Shown: one piece after another, positions 46,207 to 59,596 of the stretch
Position numbering within the stretch: the stretch's first letter is position 1
Layout of the letters: each line of letters starts with the position of its first letter
Assembly: GCA_020137815.1 (NCBI GenBank)
Contig: CM035351.1
Location: forward strand, 3,968,001 to 4,032,000
Direction: 5' to 3'
From: Hormiphora californensis
Taxonomy: Eukaryota > Animalia > Ctenophora
Length of the DNA stretch: 64,000 nt
The notes under the pieces: generated by a model
Seen by the model: the letters and a program-made list of their open reading frames with translations, nothing else
What the model was told of the DNA's origin: nothing
The model's database searches: none
Translations under genes and position numbers: made by a program

Positions 46207-47936
46207 CTAATGGTTGAACCACATGCCATGGATGTTGAAGGGGACGTGGACATCACCAGAGTAAACAGCCTCAACTTCCAATGTAGCTGCATCCCATACG
46301 TAGAACAATGACTCTCCTGAAAGGAAAGGTGGGATTAGGAATATATTCAAGAGAGTAACCAATTTAGGGTCGAGGGATATTGTGAAGCGATCTGTGATGA
46401 CGATTTGAGGTCGGTCGTCGGTGGATTGAGTTAAATAAAATAGATATATCTATTATAGTTACCTGTGATTGAGTCGTATACAGGTGCCACGATCATCCCC
46501 TCATCCTCTTCCAGACTCCCAGGGGCAGGCACAAAGATGGGTTCACTGGCATGTTTCCCGGCCTCGCTCCACTGCACAACCTCCTCCGTACACACATCGT
46601 ACTTTATCAGACCCATCTGCATCGTACCAAGGTGCCACCCCTGGAGGTAGCAGAAACAGTATGGCTTGCCCATGTAGTCGGGGTTTATGTAGGGGAACTC
46701 AACTAGCAGGTCCAGGGGCTCCCACAATCGGGGCATGTCCGTGACAGTAGCCACTCCCGTCTCCAAGTTCATTACAAACCGTCTCAGGGTTGTGTTCCAC
46801 GCCAGTTCGTCGTACCCCTGTGTCCCATTCTCCAGAATCTCCACACTCAGGACATCAAACATACAGTGGGCTGAGACACTGGGATCATGGGGATCAGCAG
46901 CAGTGGGGTAGTCCATTACCACCTCCAGCTGTCCAGCCTCGTTAACCCTCTCAAAAGTGTTCATGATATGGACAGCTTTCTGGGGTTCCAGATCAAAATG
47001 GGTCACGTGACCAGTGGTGAGGGAGATAAGGTCAATGTAGAGGGGTTTATCGCCCCTAAAACTAGCCCCATTGCATAAGTGGTTCATATCTGTCATGAAG
47101 GATGTAATACTCCTGAATCCGAGAGCCACGTTCCACCTGGGAACGACTATGAAGTTCTCGGTCACCCCAAAGGCGTGAAGTAGCCTCATATCCGTGAGAT
47201 CCCCATCCAGGTTTGCAATGTGCTCCGTGACCACCTGACCCTGGGTGTCCGTGGTGTACTTGTAGAATTGGAATTGCGGTGGATTCCACATGGCCGCACT
47301 CATTGTGAAAATGTAGTTGATACTGTAACCATGGGTTGGGTGCCGGGAAAAGTGAGAAGCGCTGAACAATGCCTTTTCAAGATATCCTATCTTCTTGAGG
47401 CCTGGACTGGGAAACACACCATGGTATTGACCTGTCCTGGGGTCGACACTGTTCATCACGGGGGACTCAGTCGTCAGGGTTGCAGTTCCTGTCCCCAGAT
47501 CCCATACTGCAATGTTAGTGTTATCTGCATAGTCCTCACTCCTCATCATCAGTTTCATCAGTTCAGCGGTCGTGAAATCAGGGTCCAGACTTCCAATCAT
47601 GGGATAGGGAGCAAGTCGGCCCTGTTCGTATGTCAGGTTTAGAAGGTTGGAAGGTAGCATGGAGCTCCTATAGACCACTGTTCCATTTTTAACATCCCAA
47701 GCATGGACCTTGGTTAGGCCATCACACATGTTATCCACCTTCCTGCCCCCATACTCCATCATCCCAGGACCCACTCTCATCAAAGATCCAGACATCCAGT
47801 TAGGGATTGATCCGTTCTTCAGAGACAGAGTTACTGTTTCTGCTTCAGGACTGAAAGTCAGCATGCCCGTGATATAGGGCCAGCTACCGGCAAACACCAG
47901 GGCCGGTGAGAGGAGGAGAATGAAGAATGGGATCAT
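46207..47936 (-). CDS. Carotenoid oxygenase (BCO/RPE65/NinaB family) with N-terminal signal peptide
   Basis: Exon 47936-46463 plus last exon about 46316-46207 (ESLFYVWDA..VPFNIHGMWFNH*). IPNWMSGSLMRVGPG, DG, DNTN, four Fe-binding His (SASH, LLHAFG, VHIMN, NIHG), EFPYINP, SEPIFVPAP..EDEG. Confidence 0.92.
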
Positions 47937-48864
47937 TCTGAAATAGTGATTGAGAAATGAGAAAATTTGTATTAGTTGAATCAACTATGCAAGAACACTT
48001 AACAGAAGCCGACAAGTGCTAAGAAGGATTTTAGGCTAATGCTATGACATTGGCCCTTATATCTGAGCTGCACCATACCATGTCTCAGTCCCACACACAA
48101 AAATTTAACAGCCAAATATACGCAGATAAAATAAATTCGTTTATGTTGTCCCATCATGTGAGTGCATGCAGTTCACTTCGTGACAAGAAGTTCCTGGGAA
48201 CCGTGAGGACTGTGGCCTATCAGCTGTGAAGACTCCTTGCACTTGCTCAGCGTCACACAAGTTGGTGTGAGTGGGATGCTGATAAAGTGGCCCAGAACTG
48301 AAATGCGTTACTTTATAACGCATTAACGCACACCTTTAACAATATGGTCATGAAACAATGAGACACGGTGCATCGCACAATTGTTAGGGGTGTAGCTGGG
48401 TGGATACCTCCGGTGAAGAGTTCGTTTTAGGGAGGATGAAACAAGAGTTTTAGGTTCTCAGGAACCAATAAAATGGCAATTTGGGCCAAGCTATCTATAA
48501 CTTCTATCTCTAGTCGAGTTAGTTGAATTGTGTTAACTCAGCTCTAGACATTCTAAATTTAGAGGTAGAAGTTATAGCTTATAACTAGTTATAGATCTAC
48601 CCCAGACTGAGGTCACGTACCCAGGGATAGTGATAGACTGGGGAATAGTTACCAACCGTACCGGTGTCTGACAACTCACAACTTTATTGACCTTTGACCT
48701 GATTAGTCAGCTCCAATCACGATTCAAATTGAATTTCAATCCTGGCCAGCTGGATTAAACTCAATTCACAAGTTCTGAATATATGCTTTAATATTATTCA
48801 ATATATGGTGCTAAAACACAGACAAAGACAGGGAAGCATAGAGAAAGAGATATATTAGCAGACA

Positions 48865-49367
48865 TACTGACTGACTGACTGACTGACTGACTGACTGACT
48901 GACTGACTGACTGACTGACTGACTGACTGAATGACTGACTGACTGACTGACTGACTGACTGACTGACTGACTGACTGACTGACTGACTGACTGACTGACT
49001 GACTGACTGACTGACTGACTGACTGACTGACTGGCTGACTGACTGACTGACTGACTGACTGACTGACTGACTGACTGACTGACTGACTGACTGACTGACT
49101 GACTGACTGACTGACTGACTGACTGACTGACTGACTGACTGACTGACTGACTGACTGACTGACTGACTGACTGACTGACTGACTGACTGACTGACTGACT
49201 GACTGACTGACTGACTGACTGACTGACTGACTGACTGACTGACTGACTGACTGACTGACTAATTGACTGACTGACTGACTGACTGACTGACTGACTGACT
49301 GACTGACTGACTGACTGACTGACTGACTGACTGACTGACTGACTGACTGACTGACTGACTGACTGAC
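48865..49367. repeat. (ACTG)n tetranucleotide microsatellite
   Basis: About 125 units. Explains the SQSV ORFs. Confidence 0.98.
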
Positions 49368-49644
49368 GACAATTTCGGCCATCACTGAGAGAACATTTTG
49401 TCAAAGTCTCCCTTTTTCAGTAATGAAGAGAAAGCTTTCGAAAGTTTTTTTGCATGGAGTTAAGGGAGACCCTGACAGTTTTTAAGATACACCAAAACAC
49501 TTTTCTTAAAATGTTAGGAACTATAGAATCTGTACACATGTTTCACTTATTTACAATTTCAACAGTTTTTGAAAACACACACATGCATCCTTGTTGACAC
49601 AACATCTCTCTACTACAGATAGTACTGTCTCTCTAATTTCTCTA

Positions 49645-52600
49645 TTATTGTCCATTGTTAGGTGTTCGCGGAGGGAGGGCGATGGTTCTAGATCGTGCAG
49701 TTAGAACGATTCTCTTTCTGAACAGTCTCCTGTATGATGTTGGATATCGTTTCACCCAGTATCTCACGTAGTATGGGTGCTAGTTGAACCTCTGACCCTC
49801 CGCCACCTGACACGCTAACAGCTACCGGGTCACTTGGCAGTTCATCTGCAGGTTCCTCTTCTGTGTCCTGGGGAGGAATATTGGATAGTTAATCAGCCTC
49901 ATAGTTATCTGGTTCATTATAAATCCCATATAGGACTCCCTTACACAATGATAATCTATTTTAGTAATATTTAGGTCTCAGTATACCTGGGGAACTTCAG
50001 GAGGGGTAGGAGATGCAGCAGTGGTTGTGAGGATCTGATTAAAATAGGGAATCTGCTCGTTACTCAGGTTCTTTATCGCACAGTGGACGTCTTCATCCTC
50101 CAGCAGGGACTTTAGTATGAAACTCAACACATTCTTGACAGTGTCAACCTCTGCACTGGTTGCATCCGTACTTGACTCTGAGCCTGTTCCTGAGAGGAAA
50201 ATTGCATTTGGTGGGGGGGAGAAAGATAAAAAAGAGGGGTGAGGGTGTCACAGAGGGAGATGGAGAGAGAAAAAGGGGTCTTGGGTTGTACGCTTTCACT
50301 TCTGTAGAGGTCTAGAAATATTATAGGCCTCTTCCTAACAAGTTACAAGTGATAAAGAATAATAAACCATCTCCATGCCCTCCCCTTTTTCTAAGAAATG
50401 CCCTTACTATAATTCAATACTGCAATTTAAGATAAAACTTTCATGAAATACGGGGATGGGGGAAGCTGAAGTCACCGTCGACATCTTCGACTTCACCGTC
50501 CAAACTTTATTAAATTATTGAACAGCTGTTTCATATTATCTTCAGCGACGAAACAGTGAACATTGTTTTTGATAAACAAATGGTCACACACGGAGTTTCG
50601 CCTCTGACGTCACACAGACACGTGAACTTCTATGAATCTATCATGGGTGCGGTGAGAGAGAGAGGGTCGAACAAGACAAGCTTATTCCACGTACCTTCAG
50701 TGGGTGCTGCTGTGATTGCCGAGAGTGGGATATCAAAACCATTGAGATTATCAGGGAATTGCCGAATATCTGCCACTTCGCCCGTGATACGGAGATGTAG
50801 GTAGAACGGTTTGGGGGCAGTGGGAGGGCAGGTGGTCGATTCCTTATTCTCGAGAGATTCCTTGTGGTGCTTTCCTCGTTTTGTGCAACTGAAATCCCTG
50901 GGGCTTGATAGTAAGGGTTACCAATAACACAACTCTACTCTCATTAACCAACAAAATACCTAATTAATTAATTAGGTCATTGGTTGGATCTAAACTTAGC
51001 TAGTGATACACTAAATTTAATGGTCAGGATTACCTAAAATACTGGACTCTCCTCCCTATTTACTTATCCAGAATCTAATAAACTACTAATCATACCTCTT
51101 GGTAGGTCTGTCCAGGGGAGAGGGAGCTAGAGCTCTGATTGGCGGTAGTGTGTGGTACTTGTTTAGATTCTCACTGGCCACCCAATTATCCATACTCTTG
51201 TCAATCTTCTCCGGAGTTCGAGGTTTCGGTTCTGTGATTGTAAAGGTGATCTGCTCCTGCTCCTGATCGTGTGCAAACTTAGCTGCTGCGGCCATGAAGG
51301 ATGCTTCTTTTGCGTCATCTGGAAAGGACGGAATTAAACTTCGAGAAAACATTTGTTTGTCTCTTGAAGAAGGAAAAGGAGTTCATACATTGCAAGTTCA
51401 TATTAGGCTGTCCAGTATTGATTGTCGTTGGGCTTTTATGAGACAATGGTTTGAGATAAAGCAAAATGGACTTCACCACCGTTTTTCTCACGCGATTTTG
51501 GATCGGAATATCATGCTTGGTATCGGTATGTGGCCGTTCTCGGTTCCCAGCAGGCTATTTTCTCTACCCCACTCCTGTTGCCGCTGCATTTGGAAAATCG
51601 CGATTTTCGAGTTTTAGTACTAAAGCTGCTGTACTTCTTAAAAATGGTACCGGAGTGATGTTTTTTTGCATCAAGCTTGTTCATTGGACAATTACCTATC
51701 GTTCAAGATGTAATAAAACATCCTATCTTTATTTTGTCACTGAGCAACGGGCCTCCAAAAAGTTTTGGTAAAAATTAGAAACTTTCACTTCCGGGTCTCA
51801 TCAGGATTGGCTTATAATAAAAAACTTTGCAGTAAAAGATAGTTCTAAGTAAGTTCTAAGACGTAGTGAAGCCAATTATGTGATTGGTTGACTTTTAAAG
51901 TGACCAATTGACGTTTTTGAACATGTCCCCAAAACGGGCCAAACTTTTTCGCTTTTTCGTGTTACATTTACTGTTTTAGAGGTTATTAGTGAACGCGTAA
52001 AGACCCAAATCGCCTACATACCTCATCCTTAGACGATTTTCAATCGATTGAGCACTACGGGAGCTAAAGAAAATGTACCAGTTTTCTTCCAGCAGCGTTT
52101 AAAAAACATTGGTAACCCCATGCAGCGGCAACAAGAGTGGCGTAGAGAAAATAGCCTGCTGGGAACCGAGAACGGCCACATACCGATACCAAGCATGATA
52201 TTCCGATCTAAAATCGCGTGAGAAAAACGGTGGTCAAGTCCATTTTGCTCTATCTCAAACCATTTTTCCATAAAAGCCCAACGACAATCAATACTGGACA
52301 GCCTAATATGTTATCTGCTAGTACCTGTAACCTCGCAGATTACATCCAAATCGAAGATGGCTGGATATGAGAAGGGTTTCAGGGCAACTTCCACCATTGC
52401 TGAAGCACCGGGTGCCAGGGTTCCACTAAGAGGGGTCACTGATACCACATCGTTACAAAGTGGGGTAGTGGCCGTGTTCCATCTAGATGGGAGGGGAGTG
52501 TGGGTTAACCGGGGCTGGTGAGTGGTGAAGGCACAAACTTTTAAAAATTTTCTGAGTTTAAAGTTAATTTTTGGCGAGTTTATTATGCCGAGAGAAAAGG

Positions 52601-55600
52601 TGCTGTTCAGTATTTTACCTGAAGGTAATACTTTGAGAGTTGGTATTTGTCACAAAGATGATCTTCTTAGTGAGAGAGAAACTGGGTACTGTGCCAAACC
52701 CAACTGTGTCCAGGGATAGTATTGCTAGTTGATCCTTCAAAAGAACAGCCTGTTTATCCGGAATTTCCGTTTCCTTTTCCCTCTCCTCTCCAGGTAGTAT
52801 TCCTTGTCCAAAGATGGTTATTTTCCGGGTCTCTCCGCCCAGAATTATGATTGGGACCTGCAAAAAAAACTTTAGAAGTTCGCTAATAATATTATTATAG
52901 AGTAAAATATTAATTTTCTTAAATTTCTATAGTAGAAGGGTTGTTAATAGTCAGTGGTTATATTGTCGTGCAGCTAGGAATGCTAGGGCGGAGTCGCATT
53001 GCGTGACGTGAAAGAGATGCAAGGGTTTAGTAGTCGAATTTTACCAAGCTGAATAAAATTCGTGTGGGGTTTTATAAAAAAATAGCTCAATAATTTATAA
53101 TGCCGTCACCTACCTCCACGGCATATGTCTTCTGCTCCAAGGGTGAAAACACAAATGGAATCTGGGCGATGGAGTGAGGTGCCACTCTGCCTGATGTCTG
53201 TAGGCATTGGAGAACATCACACCCATAGTTCTCTTCCCTCAACTTTTCAAGAGACTCGGGGAGGACTTCGTAGCTCAGCTGACAGTCACCTCCGTTATAC
53301 AACTCGTAGTACTGTAAAAGTAGAGGTGGGGGTTATAGAGTGCTAGTTGATAGCAGATGATTTTACACTGTAAAATTTACAGTCAAACCTCTATTTGTTC
53401 AACCGGTAAATCGAGGTCCCGGTATATCGATGTTTAACTATACCACAAATTCTACCTTTCAAACCACCCTCTAATATCCCTGTTATACCTGTATGGGGGC
53501 CTTGTCGGCGCCAATAACAACTGGACACAGGGTGTGAGAATCGTGTGCAATCTGAGGGTAGGCCACCCCAGACCTAACTGTCACACCCCTTAGTTGAAGC
53601 ATTATCTCGCGACCTCTTGACAGCTTCAGTAGAACTGGTAACTCGTCACATCCCTCACCATCGTGTCTAGAAATAGAAAATAGAGAGTTCAAGATTTTTT
53701 CCCTGCCCGGGTGAATGCCTTCGGCATTCACCCGGATGCCTTTTTACTTTGTAAAAAGGCATAGCAGGGTTAGAATTCGAAAACGACATTTTGGTATACT
53801 AACTAATCGGTAGAGGGACCATTTTGGTCACACTTTCGTTGCGATGGGCAACGGTGTAGAAACTAGAGCCGCGCACACAGTTACGAGCTGCTCCTTCATA
53901 AACCACTTCATTGGCACGTTTTCAGCAAATGTGTGGCGTGCAATGTGGTGGCGTGGCGCGCAATTTAGTGCTACTAAAACACAAGAATTTGCTCTATACT
54001 GTTTGTGTGATATATAAATGATTGGGATTTTGTGTCCCGCTTGCTGCTACAGCGGATCTAGTCGTGAATTCCTTTCTTCATAGATTCACATGGCAGGGAA
54101 ATCCAGCATTATGTTAGAACATAATGCAATTAATCTTGTTTAATGTCATGTGTCCTCCATGTGTACCTCTGGCCTGGAGAAAACCCCCTCAATCTCTCAT
54201 TGGAGATCACCTATTAATGCAATGGTCATGCCAGACTCATCACCAACACACCCGCTTTTTTACAATCAAACAAGTATAAGTAATAGTCAAGTTATTTCAC
54301 ACCTGTATGTAAAGTCGAGGGATAGCGTCTCTCCGGGTTGAATAGTTCCCTGTCTTGGTTCAATGTTGAACTTCTCCTGCATCATCTCCCCATTCCCAGA
54401 CTCGTCCTGTGCCCATGTCGCCATGTCCAGACACAAATCAGGTGGGAACAAGAACCTAGAAATCATTTGTTGTATTAGTTTCACAGTACTTCTGGTTGGA
54501 GGAACACGTTGTGAACTTTGAAATTGCCTTGTTCGAATTTCGACCCTCTATCACCGAGAGGAGGGTTACAACATTAAATCTTTGAAACTCACCTGAATTT
54601 GGCGGGCACTTTCCCGCTATTTTGCATGACCACAACAACACGTGTAGCTTCTTGTCCAACTGTACTGGACCCAAAATCAAGCGCAGCAAGAGCTGTGGTG
54701 TTATAGGGTTTCCTTTTCTCGTTGCTCTTCGTCTCAATTGTTTTCCGGAGTTCGGAGGGGGCGGGGGGTTCCAGCAGGTGACGGTTTAGTAGATCAAGAG
54801 AGAAGAGATCCCAAACCCGCTTTTTGCTGCTGCTGCATTTGTCACCTGTCGCTTTACAGTAAGAGTTTCACTTTCAAGACAGATTGGTTTATGAAGGAGT
54901 AATTTCCTTTTAACAAGACCTTTTAACAAAAACTAGAAATATGGATATGATTCTATTGGTTACACTTACCGATTGACCGGACGTCAATAAATGACAGATT
55001 AGGGAAGACTCCCTCTCCCTTGAGGGTGATCAGATCATGACACTGATTGTTGATGGTACACGTTATCACCACATGGTAAGAGGACTGGGAGAGAGGCTGA
55101 CACGCGACATGCAGTTCGTCCTTTCCAAAGGCTGTCAAACTACCACTCGTCTTGCTTAGTGTTACTTCTAAACGAAGAGGGAGGGGGTGCAGCTGATTCT
55201 AGAATTGTAGTTCTTGTCTTACGGTAACCTACTGTCATGTTTAGACCCTATCTCAATAAACTAGGAGGCGAAGATAGTAGACCTGTCTTTCTAATCGAAT
55301 CCTAAACTTACTGCAGTGTTCAGGGTTAGTATTCTTCACTGCTAGACTGTAGATAGCGGTACAGGAGTAAGGGTTGTGGAGGGAGATTGTCTCACTGGCT
55401 GTCTCACCCACTACAGTTATACCAAAATCAACATCCTTCGGCAAACACTGAACGAGGGAAATTTATTAATGATAATTTCTAAAGCACTACTATTCTCAAT
55501 TCAGAATAAATTCAGAGCAGTACCTAGGTATAAAACTGATGTACTACTATGTAGTGACAAGACGTTGAAGAAGATGTAACTAATATACCTCTAGTGATGC

Positions 55601-58600
55601 CGTGGTCCCCTGTCCTAGGACTGACATGTTGATCTTCTTCCTCGCCCCCTTCTCATGAGTCACACTAAGAGAGGCACTACATCGTACCACTGACTCCCCT
55701 TGGGGTGCAAAACTCCAGGTTTGGTACTGGAAACATACCATTGTTAGTTGAAAGTGAGAGTGGACCGAATCAGAATTGGACAATATTGTTGTAGGTAGTA
55801 GAGAATAGCTGAATTCTGAATGCTTTGAAATTGTGCCTACCTAAAATAACTAATTAATAATTATCTAATTAGTACCTGAGTATCGTTAGGTAGGATGACC
55901 CCGGAGGAGGGGCTCACAGAGATATTGTAGGATGAGCCAGGTACTCGCCACTCAAAGTTGAGAGGTAGCCGGGAAGTGTTCCTCACCCCGTACCTCTGAT
56001 CAGTCACACTACCCACCGAACACTGTTTGAACGTCAGGAGGTTCTGAAACAGATGTCATTATTAGAATATATCGATTTTCCTCAGAAAATAATGTGATTC
56101 CCTACTCCCTCAGCTGCTCTCTCCTAGTTAAAGTAACAATCTCACCTGCTCTCTCCTAGTTATAGTAACAATCTCACCTACTCCTAATTAAAGTAACAAT
56201 CTCACCTCATTTTCCAGCCACGCGGTAGGGAGTTCCACAGCCGCCACACAGGGGAAGACAAGGGAGTGTTTGGTATTTAGGGTACACTTTAAGTTAAACT
56301 GGTAGGTTCTGCTCTGACTGGCCAGGAACCGAACCATTACCACACAGACGTCTTTGTGGATAACACCCGTCATTGGTTTTACACTTTGGGAAGAGAGGGG
56401 AGAAGAGTTAGTACTGCATGCCCGCGGCGCCAGACAGATTGTGCAGGGAGGGGGATGGTTGATTACACTTAGGAGCCAGAGTTTGGCTGATTATATGATA
56501 TCTAGAAGAGGGTGTTCACTTATTCTGTAGTTCGATAGATCTTATCCCTACCTGAATATTCCCATGGGGTCATCCTCAAAACTAAACATCATAGGTGTAT
56601 CTCCATTGTTCCTCAACAACAGTGTCCTAAACACGGGCTGATCCATAACAGCGGGCGGGAAGAGAAGTGCTGCTGAATCGGTCTGGTATCGAGGCAGATA
56701 CGGCTCATTTCCCGTCTCAAATGTCTCGCCAGTACAATAGAGGGGGAGACACCAACTAGGGCTAACTGTGTTCTCATTTACAAGCTGGGTATCCCGCATG
56801 CTCTTGTAAAATGTGGTACACTCCAGTTCACCTCCGTAGAACTGGTTGGGAACCCGAGGATTGAAGTTGACTCGGAATGAGGCGCTCTTGTGAGGCTGGA
56901 TATCCATTTCTACTGGTAGGACAGTGAACACACTGTCAGGATTATCAGACCATACAGCTGTTATACGTCCCTGTAGTAGGGGGGATGTGTCAGTAGACAG
57001 TAGTGATAGTGGGAGTGGGGGAATTTGTCAGTAAAGAGTGGGGGTACATTTATAGAGGAGTTGGACTGTCAAGATGGAAGTATCTAACATCAACTACTTA
57101 TTAGTAACTTGGTATCTACACAATACCTTGGTATGGTTGGTAATGGTCACTGTCTTGTGGTGCACTCTTTGGAAGGCCCGGCACTTCCCAAACTCAATAG
57201 TATCCACATCCAAACTAACGTGTACCGTGTTACTCTCCGTGACCATCTAGGAGAGAAAAGTTTAAAATAGGATCGAGAATAAATATATTTCAGAACTTTT
57301 ATTGAAACGCGGTAAAAGATGACACACCTGAGGTTTTGGGAATAGTTGTTATGCTCTAACCCTCCTATACGGGGGTGGCGAAACAGGGTCGAGCAAGGAA
57401 AGGGAATAGTACCTGTGGATCGGTGAAGAATTGCAGTGAGGGAGGTAGATCCTGAATTGCAACACCCTCCCCACCATCCACCGCCGCCACTTCCTGCATC
57501 TCAGGTGGGTACATGGACAAACCAGATCGGATCTTCTCCGTAAAGTTTTCAAGGGCCTTCACCCCCACCTTACCAGGCCGGGCAACATCAGTACAGCCAG
57601 ACCCCAGGAGATCGAGAAAGAGCGGTTCTTGTCTGTGGAGTAGGATGGGCACTCGCTTGTAGTATGGAATGGGAGCTATGGGAGCAAACTGGAACATCAG
57701 CGTTTTCTCATCGCCCGGTCCGAGAGAACCACAGCTGTTGTCAACCTTGAAGACACTCTCACTCGAGTCAAGGACAACTTGGAAGTGCGTCGGTACATTT
57801 GATTTGTTCTTCACCGTTATGAACTGCTTCTTGTGCTGGCCAATGTCAGTGTACGCGAATGAGAGGGAGGTACTACTCAGCTCGATCTCTGGAGCCCTGC
57901 TCCGTCCCACGCACTTCACGACACACTGTGAGGGGATGCCAGCTGGGGTGATATAGAAGTAGTCCGTATAGTCCATGTTCTCAAGCGTTGGTAGGAAATC
58001 AACCTGAAACAGTATAACTCATTAGTCATTACGGACCACATCATGCACATATCGTGACACAAACACTCAAAAACACAAAGCGCAGGTTGATCGGACCGTT
58101 GCTAAGACAACGCGCATGTTCCGATGCTGACACTCTATATCTGACGACTGTGCGCGCTACACTCCCGCTCGAATTGTAATGTGTGCCACTGCAACATCAG
58201 CGGCCCGCTCGCATGAGGAGGAGCCTTGACGTGGCGCAGCGGCTTACGGCTCCCAGTCTTGACTGTGAGTCGTCCGCTTCTCCTGGTCTGGACTGGGAGC
58301 TCAACGAATCCTTTTTAACCAAAGGGACTGCTTCTGATCTGGGATTTTCCAAGCTCCAAAACTCTGTCACGGCCTCGGGCCGGACAATTTCAGTGGAGGA
58401 TGCAAGGAGTGTCAACCGACACCCTCAGACCAGGAGCGGTGGGGCTGGCGAGAGGTTCTCGGCCCTATTTAACCTCAAAACAACAACAACAACATCAGCG
58501 GCAGTTGTATTGTCCCAACTCCAGGCGCCCCTGACATGCGTCACGAAACACAAAAGATGATGACAGAACTCCGACTATCATAAACCTTCATCTCCCGAAA

Positions 58601-59544
58601 AAACCCCCGCACCGTACTGCCGTTTTAGTGTAGAACGGCGTAAGTCCATTTTTATGAAAATTGAGATATTGGTATCTAATTCTTCAGAATTTTAAGCTCT
58701 TTCAGATGAGCTCACTCTCATCATTGAGTCTTGAAAAATGAGTGAGCTAGAAGCACAACAAGCTTTTTGCTAGTCTTTTTTAAAAGGGCGTTAGTCAACA
58801 CAAACCCTCACTCCAGATGTGTAAAAGGACGCAAGTCCATTTTACTAAAACCACGAACATAAAAGGACGTAAGTCCACGCTGTGTGCGTGACTTTCTCAG
58901 CGTGGACTTACGTCCTTTTACCATTTTCAGTGTAAGTACAAATTATCATCGTACACTCAGTTGTTACACCCGAATTGAACTGAACAAAGGACCGATCTCG
59001 GCCTCGTCGAAAATAGGCTAAAAATGCAACTAATTGGTATTGATGCCAAAACCACTTTACCCGACTAATTGTGATACGCTGAATCACGTGAGCTACTTTA
59101 AAAAGTGCTCAGAGGTGAAAAAAGTGTCCTAATTGAGCATAATTGCCGATTGGGTCAAATTTACCGAAATTGTAACTTATCGCTTTTAATACAAGTGAGG
59201 GCGCATTTCCCGCTAATTTTAATATACGCTGAATCATGTAAGGGGCTTTTCTAAGCCGACAAAGGTTAGGAAAGTGTCCTAATTAATCACAGTTGGGTCT
59301 AATTGACCAAATTTTCAACTTCGTTCCAAGAAAAGCCCCAGAAAAGCTAGAGGACAGGTGTGTCGTGTGAGGGCACTTATTCCACTTATTTTGATACACT
59401 GAATCGCATGAACAAACACTCCCTCCCTCTCCCCCTCTGTCTCCCCCTCTGTCTTCCCCTCTCCCTCCCTCTCTCTCTCTAGTCTCTCCCTCTCTGTCTC
59501 TGTCTCTCTCTCTGTCTGTCTCTCTGTCTCTCTCTGTCTCTGTC

Positions 59545-59596
<52 letters not shown>

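Noticed and set aside
24508-47936. Biosynthetic gene cluster (sulfatase, ODC-like, oxygenases)
   Set aside because: No coherent pathway, different predicted compartments, the ODC homolog appears inactive, and orientations are mixed.
48811-49404. SQSV-repeat proteins
   Set aside because: Translation of (ACTG)n.
58183-58560. 125-aa + strand ORF nested in a CFAP65 intron
   Set aside because: No recognisable domain or clear splice structure; it cannot be supported as a gene.
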